DNA from: an uncultured virus (IMG/VR IMGVR_UViG_3300035185_000031)
Lineage: Duplodnaviria; Heunggongvirae; Uroviricota; Caudoviricetes
Length of the DNA stretch: 64,000 bases
Strand: one strand, 5' to 3'
Virus record (IMG/VR): IMGVR_UViG_3300035185_000031
Shown piece after piece: positions 30,547-40,528 of this stretch. Positions within the stretch are counted from its first letter, which is position 1. Each line of letters opens with the position of its first letter. A program made the translations under genes and the position numbers. The notes beneath the pieces were generated by a model that saw only the letters and a list, made by a program, of their open reading frames with translations, was not told the origin of the DNA and made no database searches.

Positions 30547-31362
30547 TTGGCAAAGCACAATCTAGGCTTTCAGCCGTCACCCATCGACGACCGCGATCGG
30601 AAGTTGGTGGGTGACGACGGGGCGCTCTTCGGAGCCGTCGTTCCCCCCGACATCCCAAAGGAACACTTCGACCTCATCGCCCTCATGCACGGAATCAACG
30701 AGCAAGGGCACACGAACTCCTGCGTGTGGAATGCCATCCAGACGCAGCACTACATCGGGCAGAAGGTGAAGGGGGTTCCAGATCCCAAGCTCCTCTCCCG
30801 CCTCTATGGCTACTTCCACACGCGAAAGCGTACCGGCGTTCAGAACGTCGATGGAGGCTGCGTTCCTCGTGAAGCGTGGAAGGCTGCCGCAGGGATGGGC
30901 TTCTGCACCGAAGAACTGTGGCCTTTCGATCGCTCGAAAGTGAACACGCAACCGGACTACGACGCAACTTCGGGCGCCATCGATCAGAAGTGGCTCGACG
31001 GCTACTACAACATTTGGGGCTTGCTCTACGGACGTGACGTGGAGGTCAAGGCAGCGATCTCGAAGAACCATCCCGTGGTCTTCGGCTCGTTGGTTGACGA
31101 CAAGTTCGACGACTATCACCAGGCTACCATCGAGACTCTGGGCATCCCTCGTTCGACTCCGATCGGACGACACATGATGTGCGCCGTAGCCTATGACGAG
31201 GAGGGCCTCTGGATCGCAAACTCGTGGGGTCTCGACTGGGGAAGTCCCGATCCCACCGGACGCTTCTCCGCGGGCTTCTTCCGCATGGCGTGGGAGTGGG
31301 TGAACTGGAACCAGGCCACGGACTGGTGGGCCATCGACAACGCAAAGGAGTTTACGCTGTGA
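30547..31362 (+). CDS. Papain-like C1 cysteine peptidase
   Basis: QGHTNSC, GRHMMCAVAY and ANSWG catalytic motifs; TTG start. Confidence 0.85.
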   Translation: MAKHNLGFQPSPIDDRDRKLVGDDGALFGAVVPPDIPKEHFDLIALMHGINEQGHTNSCVWNAIQTQHYIGQKVKGVPDPKLLSRLYGYFHTRKRTGVQNVDGGCVPREAWKAAAGMGFCTEELWPFDRSKVNTQPDYDATSGAIDQKWLDGYYNIWGLLYGRDVEVKAAISKNHPVVFGSLVDDKFDDYHQATIETLGIPRSTPIGRHMMCAVAYDEEGLWIANSWGLDWGSPDPTGRFSAGFFRMAWEWVNWNQATDWWAIDNAKEFTL

Positions 31363-31691
31363 GATCCCTACTACTCCTGATCCCTCTCGCATTCGCATTG
31401 GCGTGCGAGCTTCAACCCCCAGTCACGCCCGAGGACAAACCGGCGCCCACGACGGAACCGGCCAAACCCATCGAGCCCACTCCCGATGTCAACGAAGCTG
31501 CATGCCAGCGTTTCGAAGAACTCGGATGTCAATCCAGAGACGGACGCAACCTTTGGGAGCCCACTCCTGGAGGTGTCGAGTGTCCGGACGTTTTCAAGAA
31601 CGCCCAGAAGAACGGCGTCGACCTTCATCCCGAGTGCATTGCCGAGATGGAGTCTTGCGACGAGCGCGAAGCCTGCTCCACCCAGCAGTGA
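31359..31691 (+). CDS. Cys-rich lipoprotein
   Basis: VRSLLLLIPLAFALA|C; AAGGAG RBS. Confidence 0.7.
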   Translation: MRSLLLLIPLAFALACELQPPVTPEDKPAPTTEPAKPIEPTPDVNEAACQRFEELGCQSRDGRNLWEPTPGGVECPDVFKNAQKNGVDLHPECIAEMESCDEREACSTQQ

Positions 31692-31701
31692 TCAACCCCT
31701 G

Positions 31702-31737
31702 CTAGGCAGGTCGTTTGTAAAGAGACGGCCTGCCTAG
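31702..31737 (+). terminator. Hairpin closing the lipoprotein/peptidase operon
   Basis: CTAGGCAGGTCGT...ACGGCCTGCCTAG inverted repeat. Confidence 0.55.
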
Positions 31738-31772
31738 TCTGTGGTGGTTTTCGACACAGCCCTAGGCTTCCC

Positions 31773-31792
31773 ATGCGTCCATATGGACGTAT
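31773..31792. repeat. Dispersed palindrome, copy 6 (ATGCGTCCATATGGACGTAT)
   Basis: One mismatch to the consensus. Confidence 0.85.
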
Positions 31793-32300
31793 ACACCCTC
31801 CGTAGGAAAGTACACGGAGGTACGCAGGCTTGAAGGTCATCTGGGAAGGGATGGTTCCGTGGGGAGGAGGCCCCGCCAAGATGCGCCTGTGGGAGTACAG
31901 CCGAGTGGAATACTGGTGCCCGATCATCAAAGAATGGCGTGAAGGCGGATCTATGCATCTAGCAGCAGCAGAGAACGAAAGAAGACGTCAGATCTCGAAG
32001 GAGAAAGGATCCTCGTGAGCAAACCCGCTCCAGGCGTCGGCGCTTCCACTGTCAACTCCAAGAACTCACAAGGCAGCAAAGCCTCCGAGGTCTGACGCAG
32101 CTCCAACCTAGAAGCGTTGGGACCTCCTAGGAACCGGAAGAATTCTGCCGGGGGTACACCACGCCCTCGACAGCCACCGTGACCAATGAATCCCTTCGGA
32201 GGTGCGGAACTATCGAGGGCCTGGATTTTCGGAAGCGCGCCTTGCCTTTGAGGAGGGAGGGGATATCGACACGCGACCTACGAGGGCAGTGTAGCAGGTT

Positions 32301-33011
32301 TCAAGGGATCCGTAGGTACTTGAGCTTGAGGTCCCTGCGCACCGAGAAATCCTCGGGCTTCATGATGGGAGGACCGAGTAGGGGCGCACAAGCCAAGGCG
32401 TACTCCTTGAGCGGTGTGCCTTCCTTGAGGTACTTGCGCACCTCCATCTGGATCTTGAGCGCAAGATCCTGACCGATCGACGAAGCCAAGGTCTCCATCG
32501 GATCCAGACCGTGAAGCGTCTGGATGTCCCCCATAGCTTCCGAAGACCAAACGATTGGCGGGAAGTTGCGAATCGCACTCACTTCTGGATTCGTGAGCAC
32601 AGTGAACACCGTCTCCGGAGTAGGGGCGCCAGGTGCGAAAGGAGCGGACAAGGACCAGTCCTCCAGGTGCTTACTCAACACTTCCGTCACCCGCCCAACG
32701 AAGTTGTCCGTCTCAGCCTTCTGCGGCCAACCCCGAAGGTCGTGAAGGAGTCGGTAGTTGTTCATGAGCACAGCCGCACGATCCTCTACCAAGCTGTCCC
32801 CGGCGAAATGCATGGTGTGGATCACATCTCCATGCTTCTTGATCTCGCTGTATGCCGGACGCTGCGCAACGTCGTCCCACAGAACCGGAGCGGGATCAGC
32901 AGGACCGTTGGGGCGGGTGAAGGAACCGGCTTTCGCTGAGGTAACCTTAGCTACGAAGCCTCCGATAACAGGAAGAGTCGTCAAGAACTTGAGTACCGAT
33001 CGTCTGTCCAT
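32301..33011 (-). CDS. Twin-arginine-leader protein with gp23 (major capsid)-like C-terminal segment
   Basis: MDRRSVLK leader; WSSEAMGDIQTLHGLDP...; ...PEDFSVRRDLKLKY. Confidence 0.55.
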   Translation of the reverse strand: MDRRSVLKFLTTLPVIGGFVAKVTSAKAGSFTRPNGPADPAPVLWDDVAQRPAYSEIKKHGDVIHTMHFAGDSLVEDRAAVLMNNYRLLHDLRGWPQKAETDNFVGRVTEVLSKHLEDWSLSAPFAPGAPTPETVFTVLTNPEVSAIRNFPPIVWSSEAMGDIQTLHGLDPMETLASSIGQDLALKIQMEVRKYLKEGTPLKEYALACAPLLGPPIMKPEDFSVRRDLKLKYLRIP

Positions 33012-33136
33012 CCGACGGACTCTATCATGCATAGACACCATGGTCAGCTGCCGATACGCTGAAACACACGGCTGAAGAAGAGAACGGGGAAGACCCGACT
33101 TTTGACAATACCCAGCCTATGGCATAGCATCGAGAT

Positions 33137-33547
33137 ATGCACATCCCCGAGAATCCTGTTGTCCACATTGAAATCACCGGAGCCGTGGCGTCTGGAAAGT
33201 CGACTATTGCCTACCTCCTACAAAAGTGGCTTCAAGGATCTGGGTACGATGCAGTGCGGGTCGACGACAAGCATCACGCACGGATGTGTCAGGACATGGC
33301 CCTGCCGAAGGGAAACGGGCGCCGAGTCGAGATCTTGAGCGCTACGGACTCCGAGGCGAACGACGTCACGAAGCTCAAGGAGCAACTGGAACAGAAGGAG
33401 CTAGAACTTCAAGTGGCCGCCCTTCTCCTCGCCTCTGCCCGTAAGAGCTACGCAGGCGACGCTTCCCACCTCGCACGAGACGAGTTCACGCTAGTTGCAA
33501 GCCGCGTACGAAACCCGAACTGGATCAATTCCAGCACATCAAGCTAG
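33137..33547 (+). CDS. Hypothetical protein with P-loop-like motif
   Basis: GAVASGKST; leaderless start after TTGACA-17-TAGCAT. Confidence 0.55.
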   Translation: MHIPENPVVHIEITGAVASGKSTIAYLLQKWLQGSGYDAVRVDDKHHARMCQDMALPKGNGRRVEILSATDSEANDVTKLKEQLEQKELELQVAALLLASARKSYAGDASHLARDEFTLVASRVRNPNWINSSTSS

Positions 33548-33747
33548 AACCCGGCTCTGTCGAGACCTTCTACCAGAAGCATACGAACCAGGTCTGCTTG
33601 AGACAGGGTCACCCCCAGCAACTCGCTCTTGCGCGCGCGCTCCTGCTCGATTCGATTGTGAAGGGCCCGGTCTACTCGAAGGAAAAGCACCTTGGTGAGT
33701 CCACCAGGCGCTTTACGCGGTGCTCCTCCCTTCTTCCGGCGCTTCAT
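33544..33747 (-). CDS. Ribbon-helix-helix-like DNA-binding protein
   Basis: KVLFLRV..ALH..IE...SQADLVRMLL. Confidence 0.55.
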   Translation of the reverse strand: MKRRKKGGAPRKAPGGLTKVLFLRVDRALHNRIEQERARKSELLGVTLSQADLVRMLLVEGLDRAGF

Positions 33748-33803
33748 GCCTCAAGCGTAGCACAGCTAGACAATCCGATGCCCATGGGGTAGGGTTGCGC
33801 ATC

Positions 33804-34322
33804 GTGAGGATCCTCTTTCTCGACTTCGACGGCGTGCTCAACAGCCTCCAGTTCACTAGAAGCGAAGCGGCTGCCGGCCGTACCTACAGCATCACGCCTC
33901 TGGACCCAGCAGCCGTACGAGTGCTGAACTGGATCATCGAGAAGACCGATGCTCGCATCGTCATCACCTCCTCGAAGCGCATCATCAACAGCGCCGAGAA
34001 GCTGGTAGCCGACCTCTGGGATGCGGGCTTCTGCTACCCAAACGTGGTACTCGGCATCACCCCGACGAGCGCTCCGCTCACGCCCGAGGTACGGGACTGG
34101 GACAACTGGACTCCTCAGGAAAAGCGGGCTCACTTGCGAGGCAACGACATCCAAGCCTGGCTGAATCAAGCTCGCGAGAAGGGGATGGAGATCGAGAGCT
34201 TCGCGATCCTCGACGACGACTCCGACATGGCCCACCTCATGGATCGCTTAGTAAGAGTGAACCACAAGCGAGGTCTCACGACCCGCTACGCGGAACTCGT
34301 CGTCGAACTCCTCACTCAGTGA
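33804..34322 (+). CDS. HAD-superfamily phosphatase (Swiss-army-knife RNA-repair type)
   Basis: FLDFDGVLN, IVITSS, ILDDDSDM. Confidence 0.85.
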   Translation: MRILFLDFDGVLNSLQFTRSEAAAGRTYSITPLDPAAVRVLNWIIEKTDARIVITSSKRIINSAEKLVADLWDAGFCYPNVVLGITPTSAPLTPEVRDWDNWTPQEKRAHLRGNDIQAWLNQAREKGMEIESFAILDDDSDMAHLMDRLVRVNHKRGLTTRYAELVVELLTQ

Positions 34323-34346
34323 GGAAGTTCATCATCAGGTGAATAC

Positions 34347-35063
34347 TCAACCAAGGAGCAACACGCTGTCCGGGTACGGCACCTTGCCGTTGGTCACCCA
34401 ATCGTGTCCTGTCTTTTGCACGTAGATCTTCCACTCGCCGCCGTAGCTGTGCGTTGGGCACTTGGGGGCACCCTCCTCCGGATCCAGAGGCTTCGAGAAA
34501 AAGCGCGCGCCACAAAGACAGCGACCCATTAGGATCTTGGCCGCCTTCTCCCGAAGCTGCTGAACAGGCACGGGACCGTCATGATCTAGAACGACGATAG
34601 GCAGGTCTTGATCCAAGCTGCTCATGTGGAAGAGCACATCCTCAGGAATCTCAGCGACACCAAAGAGGACCAAGGCACGCATATACGGCAACAGACGTTC
34701 GTCTCCCTCACCATCCAAAGCGTTCATCGCAACGAGGAGCAAGCTGTAGAGGCGAGTCCCCAGAGGCGAGTACAGGAGTTTTTCACAAAGCCCGTGCGCA
34801 TCTCGCAACTGGAATCCAACGAGCCTCTCTTCGTACGGGTGCCACAGAAGCGATATACGTCCGTCTACGCAATCCTCTCGCCACGAACAGTCCTCGTGAA
34901 TAACACGAAGCACATCGAGAGGTTTGATATAAACGATACTCTGCGGCTTCGAGTCACGCAGTACCGGAAAACTCCCAGCACCCCCCGTGCGCTCGGCCTT
35001 CGCTCCCGCTGATCCTGCAACGGGAATCGATACCGCACCCAATAGAAACGATCGACGATCCAT
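34347..35063 (-). CDS. Twin-arginine-leader hypothetical protein
   Basis: MDRRSFLLGAV...AKA; GGAGG RBS. Confidence 0.55.
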   Translation of the reverse strand: MDRRSFLLGAVSIPVAGSAGAKAERTGGAGSFPVLRDSKPQSIVYIKPLDVLRVIHEDCSWREDCVDGRISLLWHPYEERLVGFQLRDAHGLCEKLLYSPLGTRLYSLLLVAMNALDGEGDERLLPYMRALVLFGVAEIPEDVLFHMSSLDQDLPIVVLDHDGPVPVQQLREKAAKILMGRCLCGARFFSKPLDPEEGAPKCPTHSYGGEWKIYVQKTGHDWVTNGKVPYPDSVLLLG

Positions 35064-35086
35064 GCTCAGCCTCCTCCCGAAAGATA

Positions 35087-36889
35087 TCACGACGCTTCCG
35101 CAACCCGTAACTGCTCCACCATCAGCGCCGAAGCCTGCCGCTTTGCTTCTTTCTTCGACCCCGCCGTAGCCTCAACCGTGCGTTTGCCATATGTGACAGT
35201 ACACGTGATCTTCGGAACGTGGTCCGGCCCCACCTGCTCAAAGTCGTAGAGAGGCGGAGTCCCTCCGGTCTTTTGGGAGTGCTCCTGGAGAGCCGCCACC
35301 GGATTCTTCCCTGGCTCCGTCAAGGGGTCCTGAGAGACCTTCTTGGCAGGCTCCAAGGGCTCGGCCTCAGGAGGCGGCAAACCCCCGTCCTCGGGCGCCT
35401 GGAGCCCTAGCGAGGCCGCCCGCAGCAAAGCCAAAGCTGCAAGCTGCTGAGCCACCTTCCGACTGGACGCAACCCCCGGAAAACGCCCTAGACCTTTCCG
35501 GTAGGCATAAACGGTAAACGACGGCGCGTGGCTGGGTCCTGAGCGGCCCGCGAGCTGATAGGAGACCTCGGGCCACCCCATGCCCTGGGAAGCCTGTAGA
35601 AGGGCGCTGACGGCATCCTGAGGGGTCTTTTCCATGGCCTGGAGCGTCTGCTCCTTCAGGTCCGTCCACGCCTCTGTCTGAGGCGCCTCGGCCAGCACTA
35701 CGACCTGGCACAAGAGAGGAACCCGCCCCTCCTTGAGCCGGCGCTGATAACCCGCAACGTACTCTGGAGAGGGGTCCTCTCCGGAGCGGACCTGCACCTT
35801 GGTGAGCCGCTCGAAGTCCTTGGCGTTGAACCCTTCGATGCGACGAACGGACACGGCCTGCGACTCCACCCGCTTCTCGTGCTCCCCCTTGAAGTGCTCG
35901 CGAGTCGATTGCCTCTCGGCTTCCTCCACCTCATTGACGTGCTTGCAGATATCTCGGATGTCGTCCTTCGTGTACGGGAATCGATCGCCTCGGAGGTGAG
36001 CCTTGAGCTGCCGATGGTTCACCAGATCCACGAACCGTCGAATGGGCGAGGTGAAGTGGAGGTAGGCCGGAAGGTTCAATCCGTAGTGCCCCCGGAGAGA
36101 GGCACCGTAGTCGGCACGACCGAGTAGCATGTGCGTACGTTGCCGAAGCGTGTCGAGGTTCTCCAAGGGGATCGCGTGCGCGTTCTGGATCTGCTCCATC
36201 AGTTCCTCACGATCCGGAGCTGCTATCCGAGCTTCGTGGTTTCGAAAGACGACGGGTACGTCATGCTCAACCGCCAGCTTGGCAACCTCGGTGTTGGCCA
36301 AGATCATCAGCTCCTGGATGATGATCTGACCGACAACCTCTTCCTTCTTCTCGATCCTCTTGATGAACCCCTCTTCCGTGGTAACCCACCCATTGTTCAA
36401 GTCGTAGACAACGAAGGCTCCGTTGCTCCTCCGCCTCTGCATGAGTTGGAGAGAAAGGTCTCTAGCATTCAAGACAGCGTTCGCGATCAACACGCTTGTC
36501 GCGGTGTTGTAGTCCTCCTGGAGGATGATTGGGATCTCCTCGTACGAGAGCTTCGCCTGGCTCACGAGGGGCTTCAGGTCGCTCAGCGAAACCTCCTTGA
36601 CGTGCAGATAGGAGTCCAACTCGATCTTGATGATGACAACGTCCTTCGGCTCACCAGGCCAGAGCGATAGCTTCTGCTCCGACAAGCGCCGAGGGAACAT
36701 CGGACTGTTGCCCGTTGCGAAGTAGCGCGTAGCCACGACTTCCTCGGCACGCTTGTCCAACGTCGAACCCTTCTTGATGTCCTTCGACACATCGGCGATG
36801 GCAACGGACACGACCCACCCTGAAGGGGAGCGCTCCACCCAGATCGCGTCGTCGATGTCCTTCGTACCTTTGCCGTCGATCGTAATCAT
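35087..36889 (-). CDS. RNB (RNase II/R) domain exoribonuclease fused to two dsRBDs
   Basis: TIDG..TKDIDDA, HFTSPIRRF.D; GPSHAPSF...SRKVAQQ and GPDHVP...GSKKEAKR. Confidence 0.85.
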   Translation of the reverse strand: MITIDGKGTKDIDDAIWVERSPSGWVVSVAIADVSKDIKKGSTLDKRAEEVVATRYFATGNSPMFPRRLSEQKLSLWPGEPKDVVIIKIELDSYLHVKEVSLSDLKPLVSQAKLSYEEIPIILQEDYNTATSVLIANAVLNARDLSLQLMQRRRSNGAFVVYDLNNGWVTTEEGFIKRIEKKEEVVGQIIIQELMILANTEVAKLAVEHDVPVVFRNHEARIAAPDREELMEQIQNAHAIPLENLDTLRQRTHMLLGRADYGASLRGHYGLNLPAYLHFTSPIRRFVDLVNHRQLKAHLRGDRFPYTKDDIRDICKHVNEVEEAERQSTREHFKGEHEKRVESQAVSVRRIEGFNAKDFERLTKVQVRSGEDPSPEYVAGYQRRLKEGRVPLLCQVVVLAEAPQTEAWTDLKEQTLQAMEKTPQDAVSALLQASQGMGWPEVSYQLAGRSGPSHAPSFTVYAYRKGLGRFPGVASSRKVAQQLAALALLRAASLGLQAPEDGGLPPPEAEPLEPAKKVSQDPLTEPGKNPVAALQEHSQKTGGTPPLYDFEQVGPDHVPKITCTVTYGKRTVEATAGSKKEAKRQASALMVEQLRVAEAS

Positions 36890-37820
36890 TCAACTCCACC
36901 AAACGTAACGGATCTGGCATGACGAGCGAAACGGTTGGCCCACTGCCGGAAGCTACGAGCGTTCGGTCGACGAACATGTACGATGCTCCGAAGTAGATCT
37001 CGCTTCGTCCTGTCTGCCCACATCACCAGGTGCGGGTACCCCCGCTGTACCAAGACGACACAGTTCTCTCCTAGGTACGCCATGCGGTAAGCAACCTTCA
37101 ACGACTCGGACTTGTCCTTCGGACTCCGTCGTCGAATATATGGCAGCAAGTAGCGGCGGCGCTTCACTTCTGCCTCTTGAGACGCCACAGACGATACGAG
37201 GACAGGTACGTCTCGTGCCACTGGTCGCCGACGAAAGGAAGGCAGAACCACTCCCACCAGTGTTCCGGACGTATCAGCGTCACACGCTCTGCTCCGAAGC
37301 GATCGGGATCCGCCATCAGGTTGCGGATGACAATCAAGAGTCCTCCCCCGGGAAATAGCCTACGGTCTTGCGTCGAAGCCAGGTCATGTAATCCATGGGG
37401 TCCTTCTTCTCGAAGTCCTCGCACATGGGCATCGCATGCATGACTACACCTCTTCCCTCGCCGTCGTACCCAATGCTCACCTTCCCGCCGCACGGACAGG
37501 TAGTCTTGATCTTCTCGTCAACCCGGTGCTCCTTGCCATCCGTTTTCGACTTGTACCGCTTCATCGGGGTGGGCCTCCAGGACCGGCGCTACGTGCGGCT
37601 TCGATCCGCTTGTCGATGTCCTCGGCAAGACGAGATAGCCACAGCGCCCAGTCCAGAGCCTGCTTGTGATAGGAATCCCCGGGTTTGCGTCGTGCGTCTT
37701 CCAACGCGATGTTGAGAACAGCCTTGTGCAACCTGGAGGAGACCGCAGACGCTTCGAACAGCGCGAAGGCTTCCTTGTCCAGAGGAAGCCGCGGCGTAGG
37801 GATATCACTCGGCTTCATCA

Positions 37821-39035
37821 TCAAGCAACTCTACGCCGAAGCAGCTCTTCTTGTAGCTGCGCAGCGGGCACGGGAATATCGGGAGCGATGTTCTTCGGAA
37901 TCTCCTCGACCCCGAATCGCTGACACATGGCAAGCGCTTCTTCCTCTTCGATCTCCATCACTGGAACCCGAACATCGGCCCGACCAGGGCGCAAGAGCGC
38001 CTTGTCGATGCGATCCTCGTAGTTCGTCGTCATCACAAGGATACGCCCCTCCGCACTGAACACACCGTCGATCGCATTAAGCAGCCCACTCATGGTGAGC
38101 TTCTTCGCCTCGACCTTTTTCTTGTTCTCCGAACCGCCGATAGCGGAAGGAGGTTCTTCCTGTACTACCTGCGTGGCTCGATCCTTCTGCGCGGCGTCTA
38201 TGTCCTCGATGAGAAGGATCGCATCCTCCGGGACCGAGGTCATCGCGTCGATGAGACCGTCGTCGTCGCTGATGCTACCCATGTTCAAGACGTAGATGCG
38301 CTTCGAAAGATAGGAAGCGAGGGCGAACACGAGACTTGTCTTGCCGCATCCCGGAGGTCCGTAGAGCAGGTATCCTCGACGGTACGGAACCCCGTGCTCG
38401 GTATACCACGCCCGAGCTTCGAGGAACCGTTCTATGTCCTGGACGAGTTCCGCCTTCTGCGTCTCGGACATCGCGATCGTGTTGAGGCTCCTCTTGTCCT
38501 TGCGCGCAACCTGCCGCCAATAGCCTCTGTAGAGGTACACCGTGATGAAGTTGGATAGGTCGCCGTAATGGTGCGCAACCACCTCTTCGATGAGGTCGAA
38601 GATCAACTTATGCGATCGGCCTATGGTTTTCACCTTGAGCGTCTCTTGTCGACGGCCTGCTCCCACGGGCGGGTTGTCCTTGTTCGCTAGCTCGCGCTCG
38701 ATGAGTACAGGCCGCGCCTTGTACCAAAGCCAATGCGCACCAAGACCAAAGGTCACCTGGAACTGATCCCGTCTGTTGTTATCGTCCCACTTGGAAATGA
38801 GACGTAACGTCCTGGCGCGCTTCGCAGCATCGCGCTGAGCCAGCCAAGAGTCCAGCGCTTCGAACGATACGTCCTCGCTGAAGACCGTCAGCTCCGTAGT
38901 GAGATGCCAGGACAAGAGGCGGTAGAGCCGCACGGGTACTTCTCGAAACCAGTAGAGAATCGAGACGACTACGGAGCCGCCCATGATTCCGCTGAAGATC
39001 TGGTTCTCCAGGATAGATCTGAGGAACTCCATCAT
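37821..39035 (-). CDS. BCS1-like AAA+ ATPase
   Basis: N-terminal TM segment + BCS1_N-like region; GPPGCGKTS, IEDID, GLLNAIDG, MTTN, LLRPGR. Confidence 0.85.
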   Translation of the reverse strand: MMEFLRSILENQIFSGIMGGSVVVSILYWFREVPVRLYRLLSWHLTTELTVFSEDVSFEALDSWLAQRDAAKRARTLRLISKWDDNNRRDQFQVTFGLGAHWLWYKARPVLIERELANKDNPPVGAGRRQETLKVKTIGRSHKLIFDLIEEVVAHHYGDLSNFITVYLYRGYWRQVARKDKRSLNTIAMSETQKAELVQDIERFLEARAWYTEHGVPYRRGYLLYGPPGCGKTSLVFALASYLSKRIYVLNMGSISDDDGLIDAMTSVPEDAILLIEDIDAAQKDRATQVVQEEPPSAIGGSENKKKVEAKKLTMSGLLNAIDGVFSAEGRILVMTTNYEDRIDKALLRPGRADVRVPVMEIEEEEALAMCQRFGVEEIPKNIAPDIPVPAAQLQEELLRRRVA

Positions 39036-39725
39036 GACTTGTGCTCCCGAATGAAGGTCGCCATCTCGTGCAGCGCGTCGGCCAGGCCATCACAACCGGG
39101 AGCCGAGCTTGCTACAGGCTTCGCCTTCTCCGCGAAGGATCCAAACGATGACGTGTCCACGTCAGACTTGTCTGCCACGTACACTTGCCCATCGGATCGA
39201 AGAATCACAAGAAGACGACCAGCATCGATCGTATGTACAGTCTTCATGAATAGAGCTTCTCCTCAGGATAGCTGCGTGTCGATCAAAGAGCGGTGGTAGG
39301 CACAAGCGATGCGTGTACGTCCCCGCCCGAACTCGTCACGCTCGAATACGCGGACGCCGCTGTTCACGCAACGTACGGCCTTGGCATCATCCTCTGTAGG
39401 AACGAGATCGATGGCTTCGCACCGACCGACTTGCGGGAGGGGTTCGTCCATGAGCCGCCCAAGGTAGCAGCCTTGGACTCAATTGACAACGCAGTTATCA
39501 CCTAGTAAAGTCGCGGCATGCCGGAAGAAGTTCGCGTCTGCGCCCATCTCCGTAGCCTCTACTACTCGGACGAATGCCCGCAATGTGGCGAGGAGATAGG
39601 GGTCGACGGAGGGAACGAATTCTCCGAAGATCTTACCAAGCTCGTATTCACATGCGAAGACTGCGACATCCGGTGGAAGCGCGGCGTGATTCCCTTCAAA
39701 GTCGGTCCTCGGGAGATGCTGACCG

Positions 39726-40190
39726 ATGGCGATTCCTGAGATCCCGGGACTGCCCCCCGAGCTGTACGCCTCCTGGGTCAAGGTCTTCAAGAGTCTCAAG
39801 CGAGCGCGCATGGACACCGACCTCTTCTTCGAGCGCTCGGCTTCGGTGCGTGAGAAGCACCTCAGCGACCTACGTCCCGAACCCTACCCGCACGATGCTT
39901 CTCTCTACAGCGCGTGTTGGAGCATCCTCGTCTTGTTCGCCAGCGCCTACGACGGTGAGGGCGCCCGCAAGTACTTCATCCACTCCTTCCTGGAGAAGGA
40001 GCACTCGGCCACCGAGTTTCGGTTCTGCGGCGTCTTCGGCTTCGGTGGGAAGTTCTGGCGGAACGCTGGTCGGCTCTACGTCTCGTACTATCCCGAGGAC
40101 CACACGAAGTCCCTCGATGCGGTCGAGAGCGAGATCAATGAAGTGCTTGCCCGAGTCACCCCTGTCGAGGGAGTCTGGGGACCACCATGA
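39726..40190 (+). CDS. Hypothetical protein
   Basis: 154 aa; EFRFCGVFGFGGKFW motif. Confidence 0.6.
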   Translation: MAIPEIPGLPPELYASWVKVFKSLKRARMDTDLFFERSASVREKHLSDLRPEPYPHDASLYSACWSILVLFASAYDGEGARKYFIHSFLEKEHSATEFRFCGVFGFGGKFWRNAGRLYVSYYPEDHTKSLDAVESEINEVLARVTPVEGVWGPP

Positions 40191-40528
40191 TCGTAGGTCA
40201 AGAACCCCACCCCAGCGTCCAGCGCGTGTTCCAAAGCGCGTTGGAGGTCATCAACTACGCCATCAACGAAGCTCGCAAGAACGGCACTACGGACCTCGTA
40301 TGCGTTGTTCTGGAAGACGCTGTCACAGGAACCATCGTTCGAACGATGTCCCGACAAGATCTCCTGAAGACCAAGAGCATCCCACTCTCAGTTGGGATGC
40401 GCAGCGCTCTAACGATCGAAGCTAAAGAACACGCTCACGTGGTCAACGGCTACGCCGTGTGGTTCTACGTGCAAGCTGCGGACGGAGAGCAGGCTCTCTG
40501 GACCGCCACGCCCATGAACCAAGCGTAG
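40187..40528 (+). CDS. Hypothetical protein
   Basis: Coupled ATGA overlap with the upstream gene. Confidence 0.55.
   Translation: MIVGQEPHPSVQRVFQSALEVINYAINEARKNGTTDLVCVVLEDAVTGTIVRTMSRQDLLKTKSIPLSVGMRSALTIEAKEHAHVVNGYAVWFYVQAADGEQALWTATPMNQA

Noticed and set aside
33137..33547. Functional nucleotide kinase
   Set aside because: Only a Walker A-like motif; too short, and the rest looks coiled-coil
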